Of a DNA stretch of 64,000 nt, positions 18,338 through 27,016 are shown one piece after another. The notes under the pieces are model-generated. The model made no database searches. It saw only the letters and a list, made by a program, of their open reading frames with translations, and was not told where the DNA came from. Position 1 is the stretch's first letter; the number at the start of each line of letters is the position of its first letter. The position numbers and the translations under genes were made by a program. Source of the DNA: a virus. The DNA is taken from positions 32,001 to 96,000 of IMG/VR virus record IMGVR_UViG_3300044712_000336; one strand, 5' to 3'.

Positions 18338-19349
18338 ATACTTATCAACGGATAAAATATTATCATCTGTACAGGAAGAATCATTATATTTCCATTACTT
18401 TGGAATAGATGTAAGTAAAAAGAAATGTAAATCTTTAATACGTGCAGATGATAGTAATGCTTCAATGAAATTTAGAAGGATCAATAATAGAATAAAATGG
18501 TCAGATTTTGGTTCAACATATAGAGATGCTGATATATTTGACTTATTATATATATCTAAAGGTTGGTCTTTCTATGAATCATTAATACATATAAATAATG
18601 ATTTTAATTTAGGATTTAAGTATAGTGATAAATATAACATTGATATTGTTGCAAGTAATCCTGTAAATACAGATTTTCTTATTCCTTCATTAAAGGAAAA
18701 TGAATCAATTGATATACAAGTAGTACTGAATAAATTTAATAACAAACATGTATTTACAAAAGATGACTTAAAATATTGGATTCAAGGTTATATTAATAAG
18801 ACTATACTAATGAAGGAACATGTATTTTCAGTTAATACTGTACTATTAAATAGTGTTCCTATAATGAGGTATCATAAGAAAGACCCTATTTTCCTGTATG
18901 TAGAAATGGTAGATAATATAAAATTCTACAAGATATATCGTCCATTACATATAGGAAAACAAGGTAAATGGTTATCTAATATACAAAATGCAAGTAAAGC
19001 AATTGGTGGATTAAAACATTTACAAGATACTAATTATATAATTATAACTAAATCTAAGAAAGATTACATGGTATTACGATGGGTATTAGGATATAATGTA
19101 GTATATATTCAGTCAGAAAGTACACCAATTGATGTTGATATAATGAGTATGTTATGGAATAAATATGAAACTATATATAGTTTATTTGATAATGATGATG
19201 CAGGATATACTTTAAATGAGAAATTTGCAGAAGTAAATGAAACAATACCTATATTTTATAACACCAATGATGGAAAAGATAGTTGGGATGTTATATTAAA
19301 ATACGGTATGGAAAAAACAAGAACAATAATTAATAAGTTAATGATATGA
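18330..19349 (+). CDS. DnaG-like (TOPRIM) DNA primase
   Basis: SLIRADDSNAS, WSDFG, YRP, IITKSKKD, FDNDDAG, GKDSWD motifs. Confidence 0.85.
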   Translation: MSEYLSTDKILSSVQEESLYFHYFGIDVSKKKCKSLIRADDSNASMKFRRINNRIKWSDFGSTYRDADIFDLLYISKGWSFYESLIHINNDFNLGFKYSDKYNIDIVASNPVNTDFLIPSLKENESIDIQVVLNKFNNKHVFTKDDLKYWIQGYINKTILMKEHVFSVNTVLLNSVPIMRYHKKDPIFLYVEMVDNIKFYKIYRPLHIGKQGKWLSNIQNASKAIGGLKHLQDTNYIIITKSKKDYMVLRWVLGYNVVYIQSESTPIDVDIMSMLWNKYETIYSLFDNDDAGYTLNEKFAEVNETIPIFYNTNDGKDSWDVILKYGMEKTRTIINKLMI

Positions 19350-19840
19350 CACAAAAAGAACAAAATACAGTAGATAGTTTATTACAAGCTATAAAAGATT
19401 TAAGAACTGATAATACACAATATAGAGAGTATATAAATAAACAAGTAGAAAATTTATCTAAATTAGTTGAACATAAGCATGTTCCTTTATCATTAGAAGA
19501 AAATATATTACAAGTTAGTAAGAATGCTATACAAAAGAGTATTAATGATGCTTTATCAGCATATGATAGTCCTTTAAAAAGATATATAACTGTTTCAATT
19601 AGTAAGTATGAAACTGACATTATTAGAGTATTTCAAGATGTGTTTAAAGAGGAAATACATACAGAGCAGTTTAAAGAAGTAGCAAAAGAAGAAATATTGC
19701 GTAAAGTTGTCAAAAGTATTATTTCTGGAATTGATGGTTCTGTAGACAAAGTAGTAAATCAAATGAAACAAGATAGTATATTTAGAAGTAAATTAACTCT
19801 AACAGTTAATACATTAGTAGAGGAATTTTTAAATAAATAA
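19346..19840 (+). CDS. hypothetical helical protein
   Basis: ATGA coupling. Confidence 0.65.
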   Translation: MTQKEQNTVDSLLQAIKDLRTDNTQYREYINKQVENLSKLVEHKHVPLSLEENILQVSKNAIQKSINDALSAYDSPLKRYITVSISKYETDIIRVFQDVFKEEIHTEQFKEVAKEEILRKVVKSIISGIDGSVDKVVNQMKQDSIFRSKLTLTVNTLVEEFLNK

Positions 19841-19841
19841 T

Positions 19842-20021
19842 ATGATACCACTAAGATTAAACTCAGATAATGGTATAGTTATAGTTACTAAAGGTAAAGA
19901 TAGACTATATTATAATTTACCATCAGGAATGACTGGTACTGATTTTATAAAGTTTAAAAGAAAACATAAAAAAGAATTAAAAGAATATCAAGAAAATGAT
20001 ATTGAGATTATTAATAATTAA
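19842..20021 (+). CDS. 59-aa hypothetical protein (not in ORF track)
   Basis: MIPLRLNSDNG...DIEIINN fills the gap. Confidence 0.5.
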   Translation: MIPLRLNSDNGIVIVTKGKDRLYYNLPSGMTGTDFIKFKRKHKKELKEYQENDIEIINN

Positions 20022-20033
20022 TATATTAAAATT

Positions 20034-20156
20034 ATGCCAAAATGTTATGATTGTGGTGATCCACTAGATGATGATATAGTAACATGTACTAATTATGGGA
20101 ATTGTGATGCAGCAGATTTACAAATAGATCAAAGTAATAATACAGATAATGAGTAA
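20034..20156 (+). CDS. 40-aa acidic zinc-ribbon-like microprotein (not in ORF track)
   Basis: MPKCYDCGDPLDDDIVTCTNYGNCDAADLQIDQSNNTDNE; same module as 10517..10741. Confidence 0.65.
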   Translation: MPKCYDCGDPLDDDIVTCTNYGNCDAADLQIDQSNNTDNE

Positions 20157-20679
20157 TATTAAACATGGTATGAGAATACCTAAATCATTCTTTATTACAT
20201 CTGGATATGGTGAAAGTGATAATACATTACATGCAGGATCATATCATATAATGTTAAATATGATGGGTATTGCAGGACAAAATATTATGAATTATAGTAG
20301 TGTATTACCAGCTAATTGTATAGAAATAGAAAAACCTAACTGGTTGTATAAATCAGAAGTAAGAGGTGCTGTAATGGAAGTTATAATGAGCTCCTGTAAT
20401 GGAAGAGCAGAAGAATTACTATCAGCAGGAATTATATATGCTTATACTTATGAAGATGAAGAAATGACAAAATGTACAGGTGGATTAGTATGTGAAATTA
20501 ATGGTAGTTATAGTGATGAATCTCTTGAATATAAATTACAAGAAGCATTGAAGGAAATATATAATAATGGATTTTCACATGAATACTTAGGTAGTCCTAC
20601 TATTATTAAGAAATCATTTACACCTGAATTACAATATGGTAGTGTAGGTGTAGCTTTATGTTTTATTGATTATGAATAA
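20149..20679 (+). CDS. pyruvoyl-dependent arginine decarboxylase-like proenzyme
   Basis: IPKSFFITSGYGES, GIAGQNIMNYSSVLP (Ser-Ser self-cleavage site), SAGI, GGLVCE, ALCF. Confidence 0.85.
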   Translation: MSNIKHGMRIPKSFFITSGYGESDNTLHAGSYHIMLNMMGIAGQNIMNYSSVLPANCIEIEKPNWLYKSEVRGAVMEVIMSSCNGRAEELLSAGIIYAYTYEDEEMTKCTGGLVCEINGSYSDESLEYKLQEALKEIYNNGFSHEYLGSPTIIKKSFTPELQYGSVGVALCFIDYE

Positions 20680-20694
20680 TAAATTATTATAATA

Positions 20695-21051
20695 ATGGAA
20701 AATCAAAGTTTAGATGAACGTAAGTTAGAAATACAAGAAGATATAAATGATTTAAAATCTAAATTATTAAAATTAGAACAAGAGTTAAAACAACTTCAAG
20801 ATATAGTTGAAGTAACTACTAAAGATTTATATTCTAATATAGAACAATATTTTACTGTAGAAGTGTTTTATAAATCTTATGAACGTATATTAGGCGGTGA
20901 TGGAAGATCTAGTCCTTGGAGTGAAACAGTAAAAGGAAATGTTGCTATAGTTAAATTAAATAATAAATATTATATAACAGAACAACAAAAAGAAATTATA
21001 AAAGAGTACATTTATAATGTATATAAACCAAATAGGATTAGCTTTGAATAA
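20695..21051 (+). CDS. hypothetical protein, N-terminal coiled coil
   Basis: ORF track. Confidence 0.6.
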   Translation: MENQSLDERKLEIQEDINDLKSKLLKLEQELKQLQDIVEVTTKDLYSNIEQYFTVEVFYKSYERILGGDGRSSPWSETVKGNVAIVKLNNKYYITEQQKEIIKEYIYNVYKPNRISFE

Positions 21052-21069
21052 TAATACAATAATACAATA

Positions 21070-21252
21070 ATGGAAGAAGAACTACAAAATGAACCAATTA
21101 TTATTGATGGGTATGAATTAGAAGATTGGCCAGATGATGAACCGTCTTGTGAACCAGAGTGTCCAGAATCAACAGAAGATGATGGTATAGAATGTGAATT
21201 TGAAAATAGAGATGGTAGTTGGTGGTGTACTACACATAATTGTTATGCGTAA
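21070..21252 (+). CDS. very acidic Cys-containing microprotein
   Basis: D/E-rich, CEF..WWCTTHNC. Confidence 0.6.
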   Translation: MEEELQNEPIIIDGYELEDWPDDEPSCEPECPESTEDDGIECEFENRDGSWWCTTHNCYA

Positions 21253-21812
21253 TGAATAATATTGAATTAATTAAACCATTGCTTTCCTTTAATAGCGAAG
21301 ATGATTTCTATCATTTACAAATATTAAAGAGAAAAAAAGAACATCCAGAATTAGGAAGTAATAGTTATGTAGTTAAAACATACTATATAAGATCTATTCA
21401 ACATTTAGAAAATATAATGAATGAAGTTATATGTATATGTGATTTTCATAATGCTAGAGCTTGTATAAACTTGAATAAACGAAGTTTTGAGAAGTTAGCC
21501 TATCAAATGTTAAAGAAAGTTACAGATTGTATATTAAATAAAGATTTTAAATCTGTAAGAAAATCTTATGAAAGTGTATGTGGTAGTTTTAGTAATGAGA
21601 AAGATAATAAGAAATGGATTATTGATGTTGATGATAAAACTACACATAAAGTATTAGAAGAGCATTTTAAATGGATTAATGTTCCTATATTAGCTAATAT
21701 TCCTACTAAGAATGGTTGTCATTTAATAGTAAATCCATTTGATATTAAATTATTTATTACTAAAAGTGATATACATAAGAATAATCCAACATTATTATAC
21801 TTTAAAGATTAA
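21252..21812 (+). CDS. putative minimal AEP (primase-polymerase)-fold protein
   Basis: WIIDVD (hhhDhD) and PTKNGCHL (sxH) motifs; likely ATG 21252 coupled to the upstream stop. Confidence 0.5.
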   Translation: MNNIELIKPLLSFNSEDDFYHLQILKRKKEHPELGSNSYVVKTYYIRSIQHLENIMNEVICICDFHNARACINLNKRSFEKLAYQMLKKVTDCILNKDFKSVRKSYESVCGSFSNEKDNKKWIIDVDDKTTHKVLEEHFKWINVPILANIPTKNGCHLIVNPFDIKLFITKSDIHKNNPTLLYFKD

Positions 21813-21818
21813 TTAGTA

Positions 21819-22082
21819 ATGCAACATATAACCAAAGAAGAATTTATCAAACGACTGAAAGAAAATAAAGAAGATTTTCAAAGTTTTGATGAAAAGATTG
21901 ATTATAGATTACCAGTAATACAATATTATATCACCAATTATAGTGATATAACTATAGTAAATAATGGAAAACAATTAAACACTAAGAATATAATAATAAC
22001 TATATCAGATAGAGATTTATCATATCCATTAGTAAATTTAGCATTTGAAGGATTAGTAAAACGATTAAATGAATTTGAATAA
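21819..22082 (+). CDS. hypothetical protein
   Basis: ORF track. Confidence 0.6.
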   Translation: MQHITKEEFIKRLKENKEDFQSFDEKIDYRLPVIQYYITNYSDITIVNNGKQLNTKNIIITISDRDLSYPLVNLAFEGLVKRLNEFE

Positions 22083-22507
22083 TGCAAGAACAATTAATAT
22101 CAATAGAAACAGCTAAATTAGCTAAAAAGGCTAACTTCTATTTAGAAAGAACTTTACTTTTTAGTAAAGAAGATGGTAATGGTACAATATATTTTGGTAA
22201 TAATACTATTGATTCAGATGAAGAAGTAAAAAGAAAATATTTATCTGGTGAATTTACTGATTTTGAAGGTAATCCAGTATATTTAATAGTAACCCAATCA
22301 TTATTACAAAAATGGTTAAGAGAAGTACATAATATTATTATAGCAGTTGATATAAATTGTTTAGAAAATAGTGGATTTACTTATAATATAGGTAATATTT
22401 TAACTAGAGAAACAATACAAGAAGGTGATGATTTTAATATTTATGAAGAAGCATTAGAAGATGGACTACAAGAAGTATTAAAATTAATTGATAATAATGG
22501 AAAATAA
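22082..22507 (+). CDS. conserved Bacteroidota-phage hypothetical protein
   Basis: ETAKLAK, TQSLLQKWLREVH, YEEALE motifs. Confidence 0.7.
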   Translation: MQEQLISIETAKLAKKANFYLERTLLFSKEDGNGTIYFGNNTIDSDEEVKRKYLSGEFTDFEGNPVYLIVTQSLLQKWLREVHNIIIAVDINCLENSGFTYNIGNILTRETIQEGDDFNIYEEALEDGLQEVLKLIDNNGK

Positions 22508-22688
22508 CTATAACACACCAATGACACTTACTATTCAAGTTATTAAAGATAAACTCTTTATTAATGGAATAGAAATAGTAAGAATGGAACAAACTGATGG
22601 AGATATTATATACGTATCTAATATTGTAAATGGTAATACTACTATTGTTAATTTAGGTAGTAGTGCAGGAAAGGGTTATACAACATGA
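22488..22688 (+). CDS. hypothetical protein
   Basis: ORF track. Confidence 0.5.
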   Translation: MIIMENNYNTPMTLTIQVIKDKLFINGIEIVRMEQTDGDIIYVSNIVNGNTTIVNLGSSAGKGYTT

Positions 22689-22846
22689 TAATAGCTGCAA
22701 TAATAATGTATCTTATAGGAATACCAATTGGATATTGGGGGATTGTTGCAATTAATAATATGATTAATATTAATTTTCCAAAATGGTTATGTATATTTAG
22801 TTTATTTATTATAATTTATATACTAATTAAATACACAAAATTATGA
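22685..22846 (+). CDS. 53-aa two-helix membrane protein (not in ORF track)
   Basis: MIIAAIIMYLIGIPIGYWGIVAI...WLCIFSLFIIIYILIKYTKL; ATGA overlaps on both sides. Confidence 0.6.
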   Translation: MIIAAIIMYLIGIPIGYWGIVAINNMININFPKWLCIFSLFIIIYILIKYTKL

Positions 22847-23667
22847 GTAAAGAACTTATGCAATTAAATACAGAAAATTTACTATGGCAAATCCAAACTA
22901 CTACTGATACAAGTAGTGATGATTATAGTAAACTGTATAAACTATATGACAGTGTTACACCTAAAGGAAAATTATCATATTTTCCTGTATCATATAAACA
23001 TTTACATGAACTTACAACTAATTTAATACATAAACATGGTTATATAATATTAGATGTTAAAGTTAAATTAGGTAAATGTAATAAAGATGGCATTATAAAT
23101 ACGTTTATTACTACATTTTCCTTGAGTGGTAAAGGAAATCCATCAGAAGAATATACTAAGATGATAGCAATACAATCATCACATGATAAATCTACAAGTA
23201 TTAGAATTGTTGGTGGGTCTTATGTTAATATATGTACTAATGGAAATATATTTGGTGAAATTATTGAAGTACGTAAACATACTAAAAATGTATTACAGGA
23301 TATAAATGATAAATTTGAATCATGTATTAAAGGATTAGAAAAGAATTATAGTGATTTTGTAATTCTTGCTGATGATTTACGTAAATGTAAAATTACAGCA
23401 AATAGTAGTTACGGTTTAGTAGGTATTATATATTGTTCCTTGAGAGATAATGGGATTGAATTACCATTGAAGATATTAGATAATATTTATAAGAATATGA
23501 CTAAAACTAAACCTACAAATGCTTGGCTACTATATAATATTTATACAGATTGTTTTAAAGAAGTAAATGTAGAATATTATATTAAAGCACATTCAGTATT
23601 ATTAAATGTATTTAAAGACTATGTTGAATTAATTAAAAATAGAAGTAATGGAAGAAAAGAAGGTTAA
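22843..23667 (+). CDS. DUF932/DUF945-like protein
   Basis: SHDKSTS..VGG..ICTNG, RKHT and NAWLLYN motifs. Confidence 0.7.
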   Translation: MSKELMQLNTENLLWQIQTTTDTSSDDYSKLYKLYDSVTPKGKLSYFPVSYKHLHELTTNLIHKHGYIILDVKVKLGKCNKDGIINTFITTFSLSGKGNPSEEYTKMIAIQSSHDKSTSIRIVGGSYVNICTNGNIFGEIIEVRKHTKNVLQDINDKFESCIKGLEKNYSDFVILADDLRKCKITANSSYGLVGIIYCSLRDNGIELPLKILDNIYKNMTKTKPTNAWLLYNIYTDCFKEVNVEYYIKAHSVLLNVFKDYVELIKNRSNGRKEG

Positions 23668-24127
23668 AATAATACCACCAGAAGGTTGGGAAATTGATAT
23701 TGAAAAATCAAATTTAAGTACTGGTGATATAGTATATCAAGAAATTGTTAAAAATAAACTACCTAAAAGTTGGGGGGAATTAAAAACAATACAAGGATGT
23801 TGGATCGCTAAGGGCTCTAAAATAGGATATGATTATAATATAACATGTACTAATGATAATAAAAACATATTCCCAACTAAAGAATATGCAGAAGCAGTAT
23901 TAGCATTAGCCCAATTATTACAATTAAGAGAAAGATATATAGGTGATTGGAAACCTGATTGGACAAATCCTACTATAAAACATGGTATAAGTAATATTAG
24001 TAATAAATTAGATGAATGTTCATCTTATTATACTAATAAAGTATTATCATTTCCTACACAAGAATTAAGAGATGAATTTTATAATAATTTCCAAGAATTG
24101 TTAGAAACAGCTAAACCATTGTTATAA
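23648..24127 (+). CDS. hypothetical protein
   Basis: LAQLLQLR..DWKPDW, LSFPT motifs. Confidence 0.7.
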   Translation: MEEKKVKIIPPEGWEIDIEKSNLSTGDIVYQEIVKNKLPKSWGELKTIQGCWIAKGSKIGYDYNITCTNDNKNIFPTKEYAEAVLALAQLLQLRERYIGDWKPDWTNPTIKHGISNISNKLDECSSYYTNKVLSFPTQELRDEFYNNFQELLETAKPLL

Positions 24128-24807
24128 TGCAGGAAAATAGAATTCCTACATTAACTAGAGATATAGCAGAAAATTGGTTTACTAAAACAGAATTAAAACC
24201 ATTAAAAGATTTAATATCATTTGGTAATAGTAAGTTATCTCGTGATGGTTGGGGTAAAGATATAGCAATATTTAACTTAGGTTCAGCTACTAATTGTTAT
24301 AGTAATTTAACTGGACAATGCACAATTGGTAAAAAATGTTATGCTTTAAAAGCAGAGAGACAATACCCAAGAGTATTAAATTATAGAGAGAATCAATCAG
24401 TATATTGGGATAGTATAGATTACTTACAATTTTATAAAGACTTTATGAATATAGTTCAAAAGAGAATTATTAAAATAAAAGCATTAAGATTTAATGAAAG
24501 TGGTGATATAAGGAATTTGGATGATTTAATTAAAATGAGTAATATTGCTGAATTATTATCATTTGTAGATATTAGAGTATATACTTATACAGCTAATAAG
24601 AATGTAATAGATGAAGCGTTTTCATCTAAATATAAATGGCATAATAATTTGGTTATAAATGGTAGTGGATTTATGGTAGATAATTCATTTACAGCAGTTA
24701 AAGAGTTTCCAAATATACCTAATACAAAACATTGTTTAGGTAATTGTGGAATATGTACATTATGTATGATTAAAGGAAATAGTGATATTTACATTAAATT
24801 ACATTAA
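24127..24807 (+). CDS. GP88-like Cys-rich (probable Fe-S / radical-SAM-like) protein
   Basis: GNSKL, Cx7Cx5CYA, RFNESGD, YTYT, C-terminal CxxxCxxCxxC. Confidence 0.7.
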   Translation: MQENRIPTLTRDIAENWFTKTELKPLKDLISFGNSKLSRDGWGKDIAIFNLGSATNCYSNLTGQCTIGKKCYALKAERQYPRVLNYRENQSVYWDSIDYLQFYKDFMNIVQKRIIKIKALRFNESGDIRNLDDLIKMSNIAELLSFVDIRVYTYTANKNVIDEAFSSKYKWHNNLVINGSGFMVDNSFTAVKEFPNIPNTKHCLGNCGICTLCMIKGNSDIYIKLH

Positions 24808-24830
24808 TAACAATTAAAAAATTAAACAAA

Positions 24831-25160
24831 ATGGGTAAAATAGTAATTATTCCTACAGAGGATAACAAAAAGAAAGTAGCATATAAATCTTCTAATAATG
24901 GAAGAGTTGAAGAGTTATCAGAAATGAATTATAAACATTTTCAAAACGCTTTTGATAAATGGAATAAAGATAATAATACAGATCATACTTATAATGCAAT
25001 TAGACAATATCCTGATGAAGCATTAATTTGTTTAGTATTAAGTGGAGAAGCTGCTAAACGAGTACTACTTGAACGTGATTGGTCTAAAAATAAAGAATTA
25101 GAAGAATTACAAGCAAAAGTAGATGAATTACAAAAACAAATTAATGCTTTTAAAGCATAA
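24831..25160 (+). CDS. hypothetical protein
   Basis: ORF track. Confidence 0.65.
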   Translation: MGKIVIIPTEDNKKKVAYKSSNNGRVEELSEMNYKHFQNAFDKWNKDNNTDHTYNAIRQYPDEALICLVLSGEAAKRVLLERDWSKNKELEELQAKVDELQKQINAFKA

Positions 25161-25181
25161 TAGTTAATTTAAGTAAGCTAT

Positions 25182-26042
25182 ATGTATAATCCAATAATTG
25201 ATGGGGATGGTATAATATATGCCATCTCCTCTACTTTAGATAATCAATATTTAGGATGTATTGATTCCGAAGGTAACTTTCTACCAAAAGTATCAATTGT
25301 AGATAAGTTAGCAAAAGACTATTTACAAAAGAAAATGCGTAGTATATTAAATTTTGTACAAGCAAATAGATATATTATATTATATCATGGCTCAAATGAC
25401 TATAGAACAACTATTGATAAGTCTTATAAATCACATAGAAAAGAAAAACCAATAGGATTAAATAGGGTAAGACAATTATTAATAGATAGATATAAAGCTA
25501 TTAAAGTTGAACATATTGAAACAGATGATGCATGTTGTATTACGTATATTCATTATAATACACCAGAAATGATTAAATTATATGGTATTCCTATATTATG
25601 TCATAGTGATAAAGACTTAAAACAAATTACAGGTAAACACTTAATATTACCAAAAAATCATAATCAAAGTCTTGAAATTCAAGATATTTCTGATAAAGAA
25701 AGTACACATAATTTAATATTACAATTATTAATGGGGGATTCCACAGATACAATACATGGTATTGAAGGAATCGGTGTAGCTAAAGCGTTAGATATTATAA
25801 GGGGTGTAGTTACTAAAGGTATTGATGGAACAATCTATGAGAATGATTTATTTAAATATTTAAAAGATTCAGGAAGAAATGATAGTAAATTATTCCAAAT
25901 AGCATTAGATTGTTATATTAAAAGATATGGTAGTATTAAAGGTACTTATGAATTTGCTACTAACTTTTTACAAGTATTCATGTTAAGAGATACAAGTAAG
26001 AAAGACTTTGAAATCCCTAACTATATAAAGATAAAAAGATGA
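25182..26042 (+). CDS. 5'-3' exonuclease / flap endonuclease (T7 gp6/RNase H-like)
   Basis: IDGD, YKSHR, IETDD, SDKDLKQI, MGDSTDTIHGIEGIG (H3TH). Confidence 0.88.
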   Translation: MYNPIIDGDGIIYAISSTLDNQYLGCIDSEGNFLPKVSIVDKLAKDYLQKKMRSILNFVQANRYIILYHGSNDYRTTIDKSYKSHRKEKPIGLNRVRQLLIDRYKAIKVEHIETDDACCITYIHYNTPEMIKLYGIPILCHSDKDLKQITGKHLILPKNHNQSLEIQDISDKESTHNLILQLLMGDSTDTIHGIEGIGVAKALDIIRGVVTKGIDGTIYENDLFKYLKDSGRNDSKLFQIALDCYIKRYGSIKGTYEFATNFLQVFMLRDTSKKDFEIPNYIKIKR

Positions 26043-26695
26043 TATTCTGCCCTACTTATAATAAAACAACAATGTTAATATTACCATTAACAGGGTTGAG
26101 AATATCTGATTATGAATTTTATTACTATGATGCTTATTTGGGTAATGATAAATTTGAAAGTCTTAATAATAAGAATGTAATATTTTTAAAGTTATCAATT
26201 AATTTACCATTTGAAAGTAGTAATACTTTAAAAGAAATGATAAATTATGTAACAGATTATTCCTACATTGGTAATGATGGAAAAGAGTATCAAATTTATG
26301 TAATGAGAATATTAGATAAATATATAGATTCTTTTAGGATGATATTATTAGGTAATTATTCAGGATTATCAGATGAAGTAAAGATGTTAATACAATCATC
26401 ATTCTCACCAAGTACTTCTAATAATATATATAGAATGTATTTAGCTAAAGTATTATACCCAACACAAAGTGAATTTGAGTATATATTTGAAACATTAATA
26501 AGTAATATAGACCATGTTTCTACTAATTGGCGCAAATATAGAACATTATTAAAACAAGCATTATTAGAAGGAAGACAAGTTGAGTCAAAGATTAACCTTA
26601 CTAAAGAATGGTTAAAATCATATAGTGATATAAATAAACAATTTATTAATAAAGATAATAATTTTAATGATGTATGTACAGCTACTCAAAATTAA
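26039..26695 (+). CDS. hypothetical protein
   Basis: ATGA coupling to the exonuclease gene. Confidence 0.7.
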   Translation: MIFCPTYNKTTMLILPLTGLRISDYEFYYYDAYLGNDKFESLNNKNVIFLKLSINLPFESSNTLKEMINYVTDYSYIGNDGKEYQIYVMRILDKYIDSFRMILLGNYSGLSDEVKMLIQSSFSPSTSNNIYRMYLAKVLYPTQSEFEYIFETLISNIDHVSTNWRKYRTLLKQALLEGRQVESKINLTKEWLKSYSDINKQFINKDNNFNDVCTATQN

Positions 26696-26826
26696 ATGGG
26701 AAATATATGTACTTTTTAGATCGCGCAATTGATTGGTTATTAAAAACTAATATAAATGCAACAACAGGTGATGCAATAAAACTAGCTAATAAAAACTATA
26801 ATACATGGCAAAAGATAAAGGGTTAA
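26674..26826 (+). CDS. 50-aa hypothetical protein (not in ORF track)
   Basis: MYSYSKLNGKYMYFLDRAIDW...WQKIKG bridges the gap. Confidence 0.4.
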   Translation: MYSYSKLNGKYMYFLDRAIDWLLKTNINATTGDAIKLANKNYNTWQKIKG

Positions 26827-27014
26827 TTGAGGTAATAGATATTATATCAAATTCAAAACATATTATATCAGCAACTATAACTACTGATAAAACTAAAACA
26901 ATTATAAATAAAAGTAATGATAAAATTCCATCAAAACCAAAAGGTAATTATGAGTGGAATGGTAAGAATTGGGAAGAAACAGATGAAGATGGTATTTTCT
27001 TAGATCCACATTAA
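26805..27014 (+). CDS. hypothetical protein
   Basis: ORF track. Confidence 0.55.
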   Translation: MAKDKGLIEVIDIISNSKHIISATITTDKTKTIINKSNDKIPSKPKGNYEWNGKNWEETDEDGIFLDPH

Positions 27015-27016
27015 CT

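Noticed and set aside
12023-24807. Thymidine hypermodification pathway (rSAM plus decarboxylase)
   Set aside because: No dUMP hydroxymethylase, hmU kinase or amino-acid:DNA transferase was recognisable; the genes are unlinked and ThyX/dUTPase/UDG favour normal T. Cannot be excluded outside the window.
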